Shown piece after piece: positions 36,715 to 51,172 of a stretch of DNA of 64,000 nt. The notes beneath the pieces are model-generated. The model ran no database searches. It was given only the letters and a program-made list of their open reading frames with translations, and was not told the origin of the DNA. The stretch lies in NCBI RefSeq assembly GCF_964204645.1, contig NC_134025.1, forward strand, positions 25,028,299 through 25,092,298. Reading direction: 5' to 3'. The translations under genes and the position numbers were made by a program. Position 1 is the first letter of the stretch. Each line of letters begins with the position of its first letter. This DNA comes from Tubulanus polymorphus (taxonomy: Eukaryota; Animalia; Nemertea).

Positions 36715-39700
36715 CACGATGTCCTAGTATATATTAATCATGAAATCATTGATTAAAACCATTTCGAATTATACCATTATATATACTCTTATTAGTTATT
36801 AGCTCATTGCAAAATGTTTTACCTGTATGAAAGTTACCGTGCGACAGAACAAGTACAACAGTATATCCGAAAGAATGCAAGTCCAAAAACCGGCAACAAC
36901 GACCTCAGTATATTATATTACTGTACGATAGCGACCAAGTCTGGACTTTTACCCTTGCTTTAAAGTCAATTCCTCGACAAATTATTGTCGTATATCTTCG
37001 GTGGATGAATGGAGATTTGTCTCGAGGACTTGTACACTAAAAACACTCCAGAGATTAAATCAGTAGAAAATACGGAGGAATAAATCAGATCAAATACGAC
37101 ATAAATAACCGGACGATTTTTTGGACACATAGTTTATTTATTTCCGATATGAAATTTAATGTCACAGGTGAATTCATACGTCGTGTACATGAAAAACGTG
37201 TTTCTATGTTCTTTAACACATACATTTTTTTATACCACCAAAGCGATTCGAGTGTGCTTTAGTATAATTTCCAGTGATCAGATTCCGTCGAAGAAATTGT
37301 CTGATCACTTTTAACCACCGGGATAATACACATATATATATATTCTCCACGAAATATAGATATATGTTGCTGCCATGATTCTATGATCCGGGCGAATTTA
37401 CAAAGCACTATTTTTATCAATGATGTATCCACGTATACAGTAGTATTGCAAAGCATCGACTATTACAACGATTGCATTAGAGATAGTTTCAAGTTTTCGA
37501 CAGTACCTTTAATCAAAATCACAAAAGCGAATTTTAGTCTTGTTTTGAAATATCATATGTACAGCAACAGTAACAGTAAATCCTTGACTACAACAAAGGC
37601 TTGAAAAAACTATATATTTTTCTTACTTATGCACGTAACACGTTTCAGGCTAATCTTATTTACTTTCAACACCTTATCAACCTCAATTTGTGAAGCGGAA
37701 TCCAAGTGTGACTTCAATTTGAGATGACAACAACAGGGAGTCCATGATTACAACATAAGAAATTGTTCAGACACCTGACACTCTGGCACAGTATGCTGTA
37801 ACAAGCCTCGAAAATAACATAAAACAATAGTTTTAATGAGACAGTTTTCAAATTTCTATATACATATACAATAGATTTCACGTAAAACATAGCACATATA
37901 CAAAATGATCCAAATATCGATGTATTTTATCAAAACTGCAAAACCAATGGCAACCGAAACAGATTCACTTAACGATGTTAAATTTGGCTTTTCGGAAATT
38001 GGTTCATCTCCAATGTTCTTAAACCCTAGAGTCCAATTTAAACAGAGAACCGTAAATTTCTTCGCAGAATTATCGAATACTCGTGGTAGCCCAAGTTCAC
38101 TGCATAATGAGTTTTCTCTTCTATACATACATGTATATGTTTAGCACATTGTTCGCGGGCTAACTGCCCCACTATTAATAAAACAATTCGACTTATAGGA
38201 TATCAATAAATGCCGATAAAAATATATCTATATAATATCATATCGTGAAAAACATTCAATGCCGTCACATTTCTTAAAAAGAAAAATATTGCCAATGGGG
38301 CGGGGCGGGGCAGGCTTATATAACATTCATTATATACACGCCGGGTAGGTTTGACAAGAATCAATCTTAACGTTTCTATTAATCTATTGATTATCATTCA
38401 ATTTTTTACACATGCATGAAACAAATACCTTGTATGCTTTCCCCAAATGAAAAAAGGCATTTTCTCTGTACACCTCACAAGAATCATGAAAACATTGTAA
38501 CAAGTATTTTTCGTCTTATAAGCACATTGAATATTTCAAGCAGTCAGTACCAAAACAATTCATGTAAACAATCTCGTTTTGCTCAGAAATGTTAAAACAT
38601 TTCGTCAACACGATACGCAAATATCAAATCAGCAATTTTTAACAGTTTCATTTTTCTTTTTTAAATTCGTCGAAGCCCCAAACGGAAAGATAATCACAAC
38701 AATTCTTATCACACGAATTAGTTAGGATTGAGCTGTACAGAGATACTTGATTCATTCACGTACTAGTGTAGATGGGCAAAGATCTAACACTTTCGACTAC
38801 ACAACAATATCCATCAAGTTTCTATCACAAATGTCACACCCGATCAGTACGAGGAAGCCCACTTTGCATCGTTAAGTACATTTCTGAACATGGTTATAGT
38901 TCTGATAGAGCTCAATGAAAACACGATTCTCAATATATTCCAATAATGGAATTCATAGCCGACGAACCATCGATATCGCCATCCACGACTCAAAAAATAT
39001 GAAAATACATGCATCATCAGAACCAGCTGACCGCTAAAAAACCTTCCTTGCGCAAAACCATTCCCCCAAACTTTGTTCTCCTCGAACCAGACTTGTGTAA
39101 AAAATTATACATATGAAATATCACAACCACAAATACACAATAAATCGTAAATTTACACTTTTTTTCGTTTTGAATCGATTTCTTTTTTAGAAATTAGAAT
39201 TTGTTCATTGTATCATTAGCAACATACAGGGAAAATTCAACTGTAACGACCTGACACTTTAAAAGTGCATTCATATCCTTAATATCAACAAGTCCTTACC
39301 AATATTCAAAGGACTTTTACAAGACTCCTTCGCGAAACAAACATTTTAAGTTTTTAGTAACTGACAGAAAATCATCGAATTGATCAACTAATATTTACAA
39401 TTACAACAATAATTCAAACAGTGAATTACATTAAATATCTTCGTAGCATCGAAAATCACTTATAATGTGTAGTACATATACTTACATACAACAGCAATAA
39501 AGATGGAAATTGCCGTTTCTTTATATCATAAGTGTTTCACCGGGTATTGATGTAAAAATGGGAGAATGAACCACATTTCCCGATCTAAAATACACCGGAC
39601 AACACTCATTTTGTATACATTTGTAACAATAACCAGGGATGCTAGAATGAGATACCTCTATGCCTCCCTGCAATAATGTACAATTATTTTTCAGTTTGTT

Positions 39701-41492
39701 GATTGTTCCCTCAATTATTATTCAGTTATTTTAAACGTTAGTACCGGTACTTTCAAATCAATCAGACTAAAAAGTTTAGAGACGAAAAAAAAAGTCGTAC
39801 GAAAGGTTACGGAAATACTAGGATGGGTTATGGAAAAGATATAAAATCCAATATTTGATTCAAGTTAGATTCCTAATAAAACATCTAAACCACCATTAAG
39901 TTGATAATGGCATATATGGTCATTAGCAACGAGACCATTCAGCTATTAGATACTGGTGCATACAACTCTTTCTCTCCTTTTAACTGATTCTAGACATTAT
40001 GTACTAGTATATAGAACGAAATAGTGACTTACTTATTTTTGAACTGTACAATTAGATTACCAAAATGGTGAAAAACTGAAGATTAGAATAAGTTACAAGA
40101 AATATTCTTAAGACAACACAAGTACAACATGTACATTTACATATAGATAAAGCATTGAGAACAATCTGCAATGCCCCTCCTAGAATAATGGCAGTCCTAT
40201 TCACATATCCGACGTAATATCACAAGCCTTTCCCATGTCATATACACATACAAAATAAATAATAAAAGCAGCATCGGAGTCCCTGAATCCATCACATCAT
40301 AATGATACATGAGATATCATCAGCAATAACAATCCCTGAATCAAATTCAAATGAAACAGTTTCATTTATCAGAGAGGCAGCGTTCTCTTGTCTTATAACA
40401 GCAAAAACAGTAAAAATGACCAATTCTTTCTTTTTACAAAAGAAAAACGATATGAGTTAACTTTGGACTCATTAACCAGCAAAATTATGGTGAAGCTAAG
40501 CCTCATGCCTTTGTTTGATTTAAAAGCTTATGACACATCAGTTCCAAAGACCCATTAGTCAGTATATATACTTATATACATAGAGAATGAATCATCATGA
40601 CAGGTATACAACAGGTGATTCAGATTTGATTCAGACTTTGTTCCATCAAATAAAAAAGAAACATCTCTAATGATAGCGAGAATGACTGCCTCGTGAACTA
40701 GATTCACCACCCAAAAACCATCTGATCATGAAAAATACCGAAGTATCTATCAAAAAAATTCCTTCCGGCTGTGTCAACTACAGGAATATTACACTGTCTC
40801 ATATTTACAATGTAGACATTGATGTATAAAAATTCGTTCCATTATTTCCTACAAATCAGAACATGTTACTGGATCCCTTAAAAGCTAACATAAATCTTTC
40901 TTAAATGCTGTTTTGTGAATATGTGTCTTCCTTAACGACACAGAATTTAATATTTTCCCAGTAAACACTGGATACATAATTGGATAATAATTTAAAATTG
41001 CGTTAATGAAGTAATGGAGCTCTCTAATTGACTTCCCTTTTGAAACTGAATATTCAGCCCATTTTGAAGCTGAATCTATATCAACAATTTAGCACATGTT
41101 ACAGGGCTCATGAAAAGGTAAAACTTTTCATTATTGTGTTGATTGTTGATTCAGTATTTATCTATAAGACCGATTAAGAAATTTGGAAAATCATGAACAG
41201 TTAGAAAACAGCCCATGAAAAACCAATACTGTAGAGTTTGAGTTTGAACTTTTGTGAAGGAACGCCCAGTACAAAAAGTCTAAAATAATTACATTCTGGC
41301 ATTTCAGATAACGATATCAACATTTGTACATTTCATTGCCTAATATATTCGCCAAGTTTTCTTACTATTGTCATAGCTCGTAAAACAAATGGAATGGCTA
41401 AGTTTTACAGGTTTATAAATAAAACACCGAGATCAGTATGAAATGGCAGTTCTTTCTATACGTAATTAATTATAATATATACAACGAATGAT

Positions 41493-42584
41493 TCACTCCC
41501 TTCGAATGCGTTTACGTAAACCGGTGAATTCTCCGGTAAACGGTTCGCCATTTCTCTTTGTGTGTTTGATCGATACTTGAGACTGAGCGGTCAGCTGCAA
41601 TTTAATTGCGCTTGCGTTGAATTTCTTATTCGACAGTAGTTTACGCAGGCCTTTCATTTTCTGACTGCGCAACAGAACTGTCGGTTTATTATCGTCGAGT
41701 TTAGTCGCGCTCTCTTCGGCGATGATCGTATTGTTATTTGTATTTCCTGGCGCGCGTAGAAGCATCATACCGGCCGGACTGTCTGCTTTTAACATCGAAT
41801 CCATCGTTAGTCCCGGGAATTGCGAGCCATTTGATTTCGAACTCAGAAAGTCGTTTAAATCTACGCGGCTATCGTGAATGCTGATTAAAGGGTTAATCGG
41901 TGTTAATGTTGTTGTTTTTAGAGGTGGCGTTGTTGCCGTAGACGTGAAAGGTTCACCTCCACTAATTAGATATTCAGGATTGAGAATTGACTCTCCACAC
42001 GCTTGTGCTAGCGCGGCGATGTTCGGATTCATCACACCGCTTTGTGATTCACTAGCTACTTTAGATTCTAGTTCCATAATCGTTGATTTAATCTGGTCCT
42101 CGATGAGATCGCCATTTACATTCTCCTTTTTATCCGACAATGAAGTTGCGTTCAGGTTTTTCTTTTTGTTTACAGGAATTTCCTCCTCAATTTCCGAATC
42201 TTCGTCGCTGTCATCCTCATCTTCCTCGACGCCTTCCGCTTCGATTTTGACGTTCTGACGAACGCTGGCTTCGAACTTCGAAAGCGAAAACACAAAGTGC
42301 TGAGCCCAGCCTATGTGCAACACAGGTGTCGAACTACCCTCCTCCCATAAGCAAATCCCATCATAAAATTTCAAAAGAAATGCATAACATTCCGGATCCA
42401 GGAGAAATGGCACTTTAGCCGCATAAAGAGTTTGTCTTTCACCACCAGACATCAGCTTTACAATGTTAGGCACGTGTGTATTTGCGATTTCTAAAAATTC
42501 TTTGTATATTTCTTCATCTTCTCGATTATAGTTATAGCTGAAATGAATTATATACAGCATTAAGAACATTAAACAACATGGATA

Positions 42585-42620
<36 letters not shown>

Positions 42621-43182
42621 TGTATGTATGTATGTATGTATGTATGTATGTATGTATGTATGTATGTATGTATGTATGTATGTATGTATGTATGTATGTA
42701 TGTATGTATGTATGTATGTATGTATGTATGTATGTATGTATGTATGTATGTATGTATGTATGTATGTATGTATGTATGTATGTATGTATGTATGTATGTA
42801 TGTATGTATGTATGTATGTATGTATGTATGTATGTATGTATGTATGTATGTATGTATGTATGTATGTATGTATGTATGTATGTATGTATGTATGTATGTA
42901 TGTATGTATGTATGTATGTATGTATGTATGTATGTATGTATGTATGTATGTATGTATGTATGTATGTATGTATGTATGTATGTATGTATGTATGTATGTA
43001 TGTATGTATGTATGTATGTATGTATGTATGTATGTATGTATGTATGTATGTATGTATGTATGTATGTATGTATGTATGTATGTATGTATGTATGTATGTA
43101 TGTATGTATGTATGTATGTATGTATGTATGTATGTATGTATGTATGTATGTATGTATGTATGTATGTATGTATGTATGTATG

Positions 43183-43256
<74 letters not shown>

Positions 43257-46083
43257 GTATTTTTGAATGAAAATGTCATATGCGATTAGATACTAGTGCT
43301 GAATAAACCTACTTTTGGATAACTGAAGCGGCTGCAGCCCACGAACGAAATGCCTCCTTATATCGACTCTTCTTATACATATATCCACCCATGTACGTGT
43401 GCGGGTATACATGATGATTGTTGTATTGTTTTATGGCTACGCCGACAGCCTCCTGGAACAGCGAGATTGCAGACACCTTCCTCACACCAGGCCTAATCTC
43501 CTGCAAGTCACCGAGATTTCCAAGAGCCATTGGATATCTGATAAAAATGAAATTAGTCAAAAGAGCTATAATTGATTGAGGTATTCCAAAAGGACAACCT
43601 GAGCAAGTGGGTTGTGAAGCTTTATTGCATCCCCTTGAAATGCATTTATGGCCCTCGCTCCAGTATCTACAACAATTCAATGGCCACAGGTTGCTTTCCT
43701 CCAATTTAGGAATTCATTGGTGTCTGAACAGTTTACACGCAACTAAATGTGCAGTATTGCTAAATTATGAAGTTAAACCAAATCGATGATGTCACAGTAC
43801 AAATATAAATTCAAATAAATCATGAGATAAACGGATAAATAATTTCTGCGTAACATAAAAGAAAACTTAAATCTTCTGAATGTTAGCAGACAGTCTCTAA
43901 AAATAACAAATGATGCAGAAAAGTTATCTAATAACGAAATTTACCAGGAAATACTTACAATTTTAGATATCCTTTATCGTAAAGAAGCCATAGTAACTCG
44001 TGTTGTAGAGAAGCCATTTCGATACTGTCATGGTTGGCTGTGATTGACGGATTGATACCAGAAACTATGGCAGCTACCTCCATTGCTCGAGTGCAAATTA
44101 CTGGATTTCCATTTAAATACAGCCAACTTTTTTCAGATACACTGTCATTGATGGTTTGTCCACGTTTGTCCTCCAGTCCTTTACCTATAATAATAATATT
44201 GATAGTAATTGGTAAATGCTGAGGAGTGATCATGTAATAGATTTTTAAGCATACAATTATTTTCTTGTTTGATTTCATTGTGAAGGTCAATAAAAAATAT
44301 CTTTAAAAAATTCAACTGAAAATGTTAATCCATGAATGTGAAACATGGACCTGGTATCAATCTAGTTTCAGTAGTTACAGTTCAACTCCAGAGTTTTAAG
44401 AAATTGAAATGCGTTGACTCTATTCAGCCCTTCTGCATATAGGTCCTGCAGTTCATCATTGTGGTGGTGTATAAGAGAACAAATAATTCTAAAAACTACC
44501 TACCATGCCAAGTAACTTCAAGTGTTTGTTCAAGTTTATTGCCATAAACAATCCATGCATGATCCTCAGAGAGGGCAAGGTGGACATCATCATGGCCCAA
44601 CACCTGACAAGCCGCTACAACTGCAAATGCGACACCGAAGCTATCTAATTTATTACCTAAAAGCAATAAGTAAATATTCAATAATATCGAAACCACTCTT
44701 TATTTAACAGATAAAATGTAGTAAATCATTATCTACCTACTCAGTGGCATGTATACCACATTTGAAATGATCTGCAATGTTGCAGAAACTGCAAATCAAT
44801 TGCAATTGCAAATTTACACAATGTAGCTGTAATTGTTATTACAAAGTTTCATTTTTAACAGGTAAAAGTGAAATGCAAAAAATTGTTACAGAAGCTTACT
44901 TCGAAATTCTCGCTACAAAGTAGCCATTCATTTTATAGAAAATTAGAATATATTTTGCTAAAATATTTTGGTTTGACTATAAATTTTCAACTACCCCGGT
45001 AAGTAAATGGTAAAACCTGTTGATTGACATCATTGACACGCAACAAATAGTTTTGATTAATGCCCTATCTGTTAGCCTACTACACAAAACTACTGAATCA
45101 TTCATGAAGTCTATCATTCATGAATCGATAATCATCCAAATTCTACCTGCTGAATAAATAATTATTTACAGGCCTCTACTGGGCCCTATCCCTTAATCAA
45201 TTGCTATAACATATCAACTTCTTGTTAGAAGTATCTACTACTAATTGAGGGAAATAATATTGATACCATGAATGTAAATTTACCAATGTGTTCCTACGTC
45301 AATAATGCATAGAATATTGTAGGGAATTTCAGCTGCGCAGTTTAACATTATAATATGATAATAGCGACTACACATACACATGAAGCTTGGCCGCTGCATG
45401 GAGGAGTCCGTTGTGTGAGTCACATGTATCCATGAGTAAAGCATGTTTCATACTAGATCTATTCACCAAATCTATTAATGTCATTGACAAACAAGATGCT
45501 AAATCGAGCCATAAAGGCTTTAGTCATCTGAACTTGCGCGCGAATAGAAACATGACATTGACACTAAATAGGGCCTACAACTATACCATATACACTCACC
45601 CGTTAAGAAGCTGTACAATGTCTGCAGATGGGCTTTATTATCCTTGTAGTATGTTCTCGATAAATTCCCCCAGATAACATCGGATACGTGTTTCACAAAC
45701 TCTGTGTTTGTACCACCTGAACCCGAGGGGGAAGGATATCTTGACAGATCCACGGCACCTTTGACATGGCTTACAAATTTATAGTAAAGCGCTTCAATGG
45801 GCTCCAAATCGATGGTAGGAAATGCGTTCACAGTATTATCACTAGCCCCCACCACCGCATTGGTCTTTGTATCTACCAGGGCTGGTGGGAGAAATCTGTT
45901 GACAGTCAATGCATTTTCGACAGTGCCCAAAACCAGAGATAGAAGTGTCAAATCTGGCTGTTCATTACCGGTAGTATCATCTGCACAACCACCACGAAGC
46001 TGATCTTCGAATAGATCTATAACAGCCCGCGTATCTCGTAACGGGAAATACGATCGCCACCGTTCACGAAAAGCCGCCATCAT
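41493..46083 (-). CDS. MEN1: Menin; exons ~46083-45600, 44656-44503, 44182-43958, 43539-43313, 42537-41493
   Basis: FPLR...V-x-[14 protein letters not shown]-x-[11 protein letters not shown]-x2-LSRTYYKD...[12 protein letters not shown]|[20 protein letters not shown]-x2[12 protein letters not shown], EVTWHG|KG-x-[42 protein letters not shown][16 protein letters not shown], [20 protein letters not shown]. Confidence 0.98.
42591..43254. repeat. Compound microsatellite (TATG)~149 followed by (TA)~34 in the last MEN1 intron
   Basis: Perfect TATG run 42591-43186 and TA run 43187-43254. It explains the low-complexity ORFs at 42569-43289. Confidence 0.98.
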
Positions 46084-46807
46084 CCACAGCTCATAATAGT
46101 GCTTGACAGCGTTTTTTTAACGCGAACACTAACCAGGTTATCCTGGTATATCCGCTTATTCTATAAAGATTGTCAGTAAATCCGTCTCTCGAACGAGAAC
46201 TGAAAGCTGTCCGTGTCTAATAGAACGCTATCCTCGAACTGTCACTGCGTGTGTAATGCCGCCGCACGTGTGTTTGTATTTGTTTTGGTATAGAAGCTTG
46301 CGTTAACTGCGTCGTGACTGACTGACTGACTGACGTGTAATTATGAATTGAAGCATGACGTCGATGTACTCGCGTCTAATCGATATCTGGAGTACGCGCG
46401 GCGCCGTTCCTCGACACGATATAAAAAATGATGAATACGCTGATGAAACGTAAAGGAAATAATGTTTTGAAATGAAGGAAAATAATGCCACACAATGATT
46501 TTAAGCATGTATTCGTATTATTCTAGATGTCTTAATTAGTGCATTGAAAATATATGAGAATCTTTTAATCATTTAACTCAAAATATTGATTACAGTTCGT
46601 TACTTATATTATATTACGACCGAAATATGGTCTCTAGATAATATTAACGTTCTGACAAATAATCTGAAAGATAATTTTCATTTTGTCAGGCTTTGATAAA
46701 ATGGCATTTCATTCAGTATATTTTGAGTTTATGTTTATTATCCATACGGCGCCCGATGTCGAGCACAACTTTTCCTCCGCGCAGTTCAGATATCTACCAA
46801 CGCGGAA
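46084..46807. promoter_or_regulatory. Putative bidirectional promoter, MEN1 vs CLPTM1
   Basis: Divergent ATGs ~725 bp apart. The region is CpG-rich with an E-box CACGTG (~46266) and CRE-like TGACGT sites (~46331, ~46357). Confidence 0.6.
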
Positions 46808-49800
46808 ATGGCTGACCAAAGCGGCGCATCTGCGAACTCGGACAACTCTGTCGCAAATTCTGAAGCAGCTAATGAAGGAAACGATCAAAATGGACAGGTA
46901 ACTTCAGAAGATGAACACCGTTGTATCAACCGGTTAACGTTTATTACGCCAGGTCTCTCGATAGCACGCTTAACGAGTGGTAGAAATAGTCTGTATTTAA
47001 TCTCCCAAATTCATTAGAAATTATTAGAAGAAGTGAAAACACGTGAATTACCAGTCGACTTTTGGCAGATGATGCAAATGCTAAGACTAAGCTGCATTAT
47101 ATTGATTGCCAATATGCCAATCCCATTCTGATTGTGGTTACACCAGAGTAGGCTGGGCGGTGTGTCTATCACATAAATTCAAGGAGAGCGCTGAAAAAAT
47201 ATTCATCAGTAAATTAATACTAAAACCCAGACCTATAGACATTACCGTTGGCGCAATTGCAGTTTAAATTTCTATGCTAATAGGCCTTAGGACTAAACCT
47301 AACCCTAGAAATAATGTCGCTCTGGCATAATATCCATTTCGTTAACTCAAATTGTTTATTTCAACATATTATTGTAGGTCAATCAACAGCAAGACCAACA
47401 GCAGCAACAACAAGGTCAAGGTGGTTGGGCGATGTTCAAAAGTTTCATAGTTAGGATGGCAGTAATATATTTCATCAGCAGTCTATTCCGAAGTAAGACA
47501 CCTGCAACTACGAATGATAGTTCTACTGCGGCAGCAAAAACCGGTGCTCCATCTATACAAGCGAAAAACATATTTGACAAACATGTCGGAATGGTAAGCA
47601 AGCCTGATTTAACCTTGCCATAACAAGTTCGAAATTTGAACTGGCAGGAGAAATGATCTGATGATACTGGATAGGCCTTGACTAACAACTTGGTCGGGTT
47701 TGTCAAATTAAAAGTTTCATGTAGTTAGTAGGCAAAATGATACCTCCTTTCCAATCTAAAGATGATCTGTTTTATTGGACTGAAATTTAATTTTCCTTGT
47801 CTTTGAAGGTGGCCTATTTACAGATTTCTTTTTGTCTATTGTCGCATGTCAGCCTAACGAATTAGTCTTATCGTTTACAGGATATGTACATTTACCTGTC
47901 AGAGGACGAAATTTTCAGCAAATTCAAGGACAAGGATTCACTACTGTGGAAGAAAACTGGACTTGTGTATGGTGATTGGACTGATGGACCGAACAAAGAT
48001 GGATCATTTGTAAAAAGTCTTACAATACCCACACCAGAGGTAAAGTTCTGAGCCTACATCAATTGAAAGGTCTTGAAAATTTCATGAAAAACTTATCAAC
48101 TTTTAGTCTATGTGTTGTTTTGAACAAATTTATGTATTTTTACTTAAGGGGCTTCAAAATAATGGATCGATATATCTTCATGTTTACTTCGTCAAAAGTG
48201 GACGGTCTCCTGATCCAGAAGACAAAGCCAAATATCGCAAGAAAGAAACCGTTTACAAGAAAAAACGTATGTATCCTTACAAAATCAATGAAAAAGCAAT
48301 CAATTTATTACTTACAGAATCTTTATCCGTAGCCAATTTTCGGGCTTTGGTTTAAGTATTTATTGAACCTCTCCTGTTGAATACCAGAAATGTAGATAGT
48401 CTTATACGTTACATGTATTTACATAAGCTTTGTTTTCTTTATGTTCTGTTGCTTTGAATTACAGAGGTGAACAGATATAAGAAGAGAAAGTTCCACACTA
48501 CTGTGAACCTGTTAACAGGGACTAGTGATGCTCATCCTGATCTCATTGTAAGTTGTTTCATCAAGAGAATCGTGTGGAGGAACCATTTTGGAATCTAAAG
48601 ACAAGTAGTACATCAAGGTGAACTAGATTCATTTGAAGTATGAGCTTTTGCTTCTAGTGTTTAGTACTTCAAATAAATCTAGTTAACCTTCCTAATCCAA
48701 GTACTATTGAGTCTCGTATATCATTGATACAAAGTTTTACTGATGTCTGTTTCAAGTTGTGCTATAAAAGTTTTTTTTTGTTCCCAGAAAAATAAGAATG
48801 ATTCCGGGGTCGTCGAGATCCTTAATCATTGGCATCCAAACATGACCATCAACTTACTGGACGACCATACACCTTGGGTTAAAGGTCACATCCCTCAACC
48901 ACTGGACGAATGTAAGTACTGGTACCTAATGACCTACCCGGTATCAATACTATTTACTTAACTGGATTGTGAATTAAGATCTGCCGCTGTAAATCTTGAA
49001 AATTGTTTTCTTGCAGTCATTGATTTTGATGAAACACAAATGAATTACTATCCTATTCTGTACTTCAATGACTACTGGAATATGAACTCTGAATATATGC
49101 CAGTCAACCATACCGTCAAGTAGGTACCCAGGGATGATATGCGTTGAAATGAACTTTTTGGAATATTGTAGATATAGCACCTCAATTTTATATTGTGATT
49201 AATGAGTTTATTTCGTAATTCTGTTTTAGGCAACTGAACATGACATTGACATATTCACCAATGTCATTGTTCCGTTGGCAAATGTATGCAGCTCAGGGAA
49301 TGCGATCAAAATGGTATTCATTCCTTGGGGAAGATTTTATGCCTGAAGAGTCTGATGAAGACCAGGATTCGCTGAAGGTAAGAGTTTAAGTTTTTATTTT
49401 TGAAACAAAACGATCATTCTTATGCTTTATGTTGGTATTAAACTTAAAAGAAATTGTGTCGTATTTCAGCGAACATTCTTGGAAACAAATCCTTATCTTC
49501 TTGCGTTAACAATCATTGTATCCATTGTCCATAGTGTATTTGAGTTTCTTGCTTTCAAAAATGGTGAGTCATTGTGAAAATTACTCTTAATCACCGAGAT
49601 GAACGTATTATTAGCTCTAGATCTCTGGAGTATAACGATTTTGTTGTATTCTAGACATCCAGTTTTGGAAGAACCGAAAGTCATTGGAAGGCTTGTCTGT
49701 GCGTTCGGTATTTTTCAATGTCTTCCAGTCATTGATCGTGGTGCTATATGTATTGGACAATGAAACCAACACTGTCGTGAGAATCAGTGTTTTCGTCGGT

Positions 49801-51172
49801 CTCATTATCGAATTATGGAAAATTAAAAAGGTCATCAATATTGAGGTACAACGCTTTATTCTATTGACTAGAATGGCCTGAAATTGTTTTCGTAAATGAG
49901 ACATTATTGGATGATGTTGCATGCTTTTCTTTTTAAGGTTGATCGAGAAAACAAATGGTTTGGTGTTATTCCTAGAATCAGATTTTCTGATAAGTCTACT
50001 TACACTGAATCTCAAACGAAGAAGTATGATCAGGTAACTAAATGAAGTATACTAAGCTTTTAGGATCAGTCTGTCAAAATATTCAATCCAGGGAATACTT
50101 ATGAGATGAATTTAGAATTGTTAGAAGAATATCTATTTATTCAATGATATTGTCTCTTTATTTCAGTTGGCGTTCCGTTATCTATCCTGGTTACTATTCC
50201 CACTCTTAGTAGCTTACTCTGTCTACTCTCTGTTCTATCAGGAACATAAAAGCTGGTATTCATGGGTGTTGAGCCTGCTTTATGGGTTCCTTTTAACTTT
50301 TGGTAAGTACTGTACACAGGTTTACCGCATGAAAACTTGCGGCACCAATCAGATTACTCGTTGTATAATCGCTCGTGGAAGAACTATAAATGGGAAAACC
50401 CGGCTAAAATAAAACAGGATATCTGGTTAGCTAATAATGACATCATCGCGATTGATCTAGTGTGGCAGGGTTTCGTATCATGGCAATCTCGATGCCATCA
50501 GGTTCGAATCTCTGCCAGGGGATGATGCATTACATATGATGATGAAGTTGAACTCTAAGTATTTGAAGAATATATTTACTACAGTAGGTATTAAGGGGTT
50601 CGATCGCTACCCCGAACCCCCCTCGGCACGGGCCTGGTCAATAAATATTGATAATAGAGGTATTTTCTCTCTGCAGGTTTCATCATGATGACGCCGCAGT
50701 TATTTATCAACTACAAAATGAAGTCCGTAGCTCATCTACCCTGGAGAATGCTTACCTATAAAGCTCTCAACACATTCATTGATGATATATTTGCTTTTGT
50801 TATAAAGATGCCCACCTTGTATAGAATAGGATGTTTACGTGATGGTACGTATGATCAATAAAGCATTGATTACATTGAATCATTGATGAACGGATTGCTT
50901 TGTTTCTCTGAACTACTGGTCGCATCTAAATGTTCAACGGATAAATCAATGACGTCTATTGTTTTATTGCAGATGTGATATTTTTCATTTATGTATACCA
51001 ACGATATATATATCCGATTGATCCTAAGCGTATGAATGAGTTCGGTACATCAGCTGAAATGCTGGATTCGAATGGCCAAGCACCCGCGGAACCGATAGAT
51101 AATGGTGAAAATGCTGAATCGTCGCAAGCTTCGGTCGAAAACAAGCCGGACACCGAGAAAAAAAATGATTAG
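46808..51172 (+). CDS. CLPTM1: Cleft lip and palate transmembrane protein 1 homolog (putative lipid scramblase), ~13 exons
   Basis: WAMFKSFIVRMAVIYFISSLFR, QNNGSIYLHVY, NLLTG, HWHPNMTINLLDD, YYPILYFNDYWN, ETNPYLLALT...HSVFEFLAFKN|DIQFW, GFIMMTPQLFINYKMKSVAHLPWRMLTYKALNTFIDDIFAFVIKMP...CLRD|D...YQRYIYPIDPKRMNEFG. The N-terminus is of the CLPTM1 rather than the CLPTM1L type. Confidence 0.95.
48615..48690. repeat. Intronic hairpin / degenerate MITE (26-bp arms, 24/26 match)
   Basis: AAGGTGAACTAGATTCATTTGAAGTA ... TACTTCAAATAAATCTAGTTAACCTT. Confidence 0.7.

Noticed and set aside
41878-42258. Antisense ORFs over real exons (also 8110-8426, 17386-17646, 18331-18688, 45797-46003, 61592-61999)
   Set aside because: These are shadow frames of the MEN1, LIN-24-like, orphan and ADCY10 coding exons, with no independent evidence.
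42569-43289. Four 224-236-aa ORFs (YIHT / MYVC repeats)
   Set aside because: These are translations of the TATG/TA microsatellite inside a MEN1 intron.
47280-47310. CCTAAC/CCTAA telomere-like words (also ~24661-24690)
   Set aside because: Only 2-3 degenerate units; not an interstitial telomeric array.
48271-48280. GTATCCTT as a U12-type donor in CLPTM1
   Set aside because: The frame is preserved only with the U2 donor 4 nt upstream (AAAC|GTATGT, giving KKKQVNRY). The U12 site gives a frameshift or stop.
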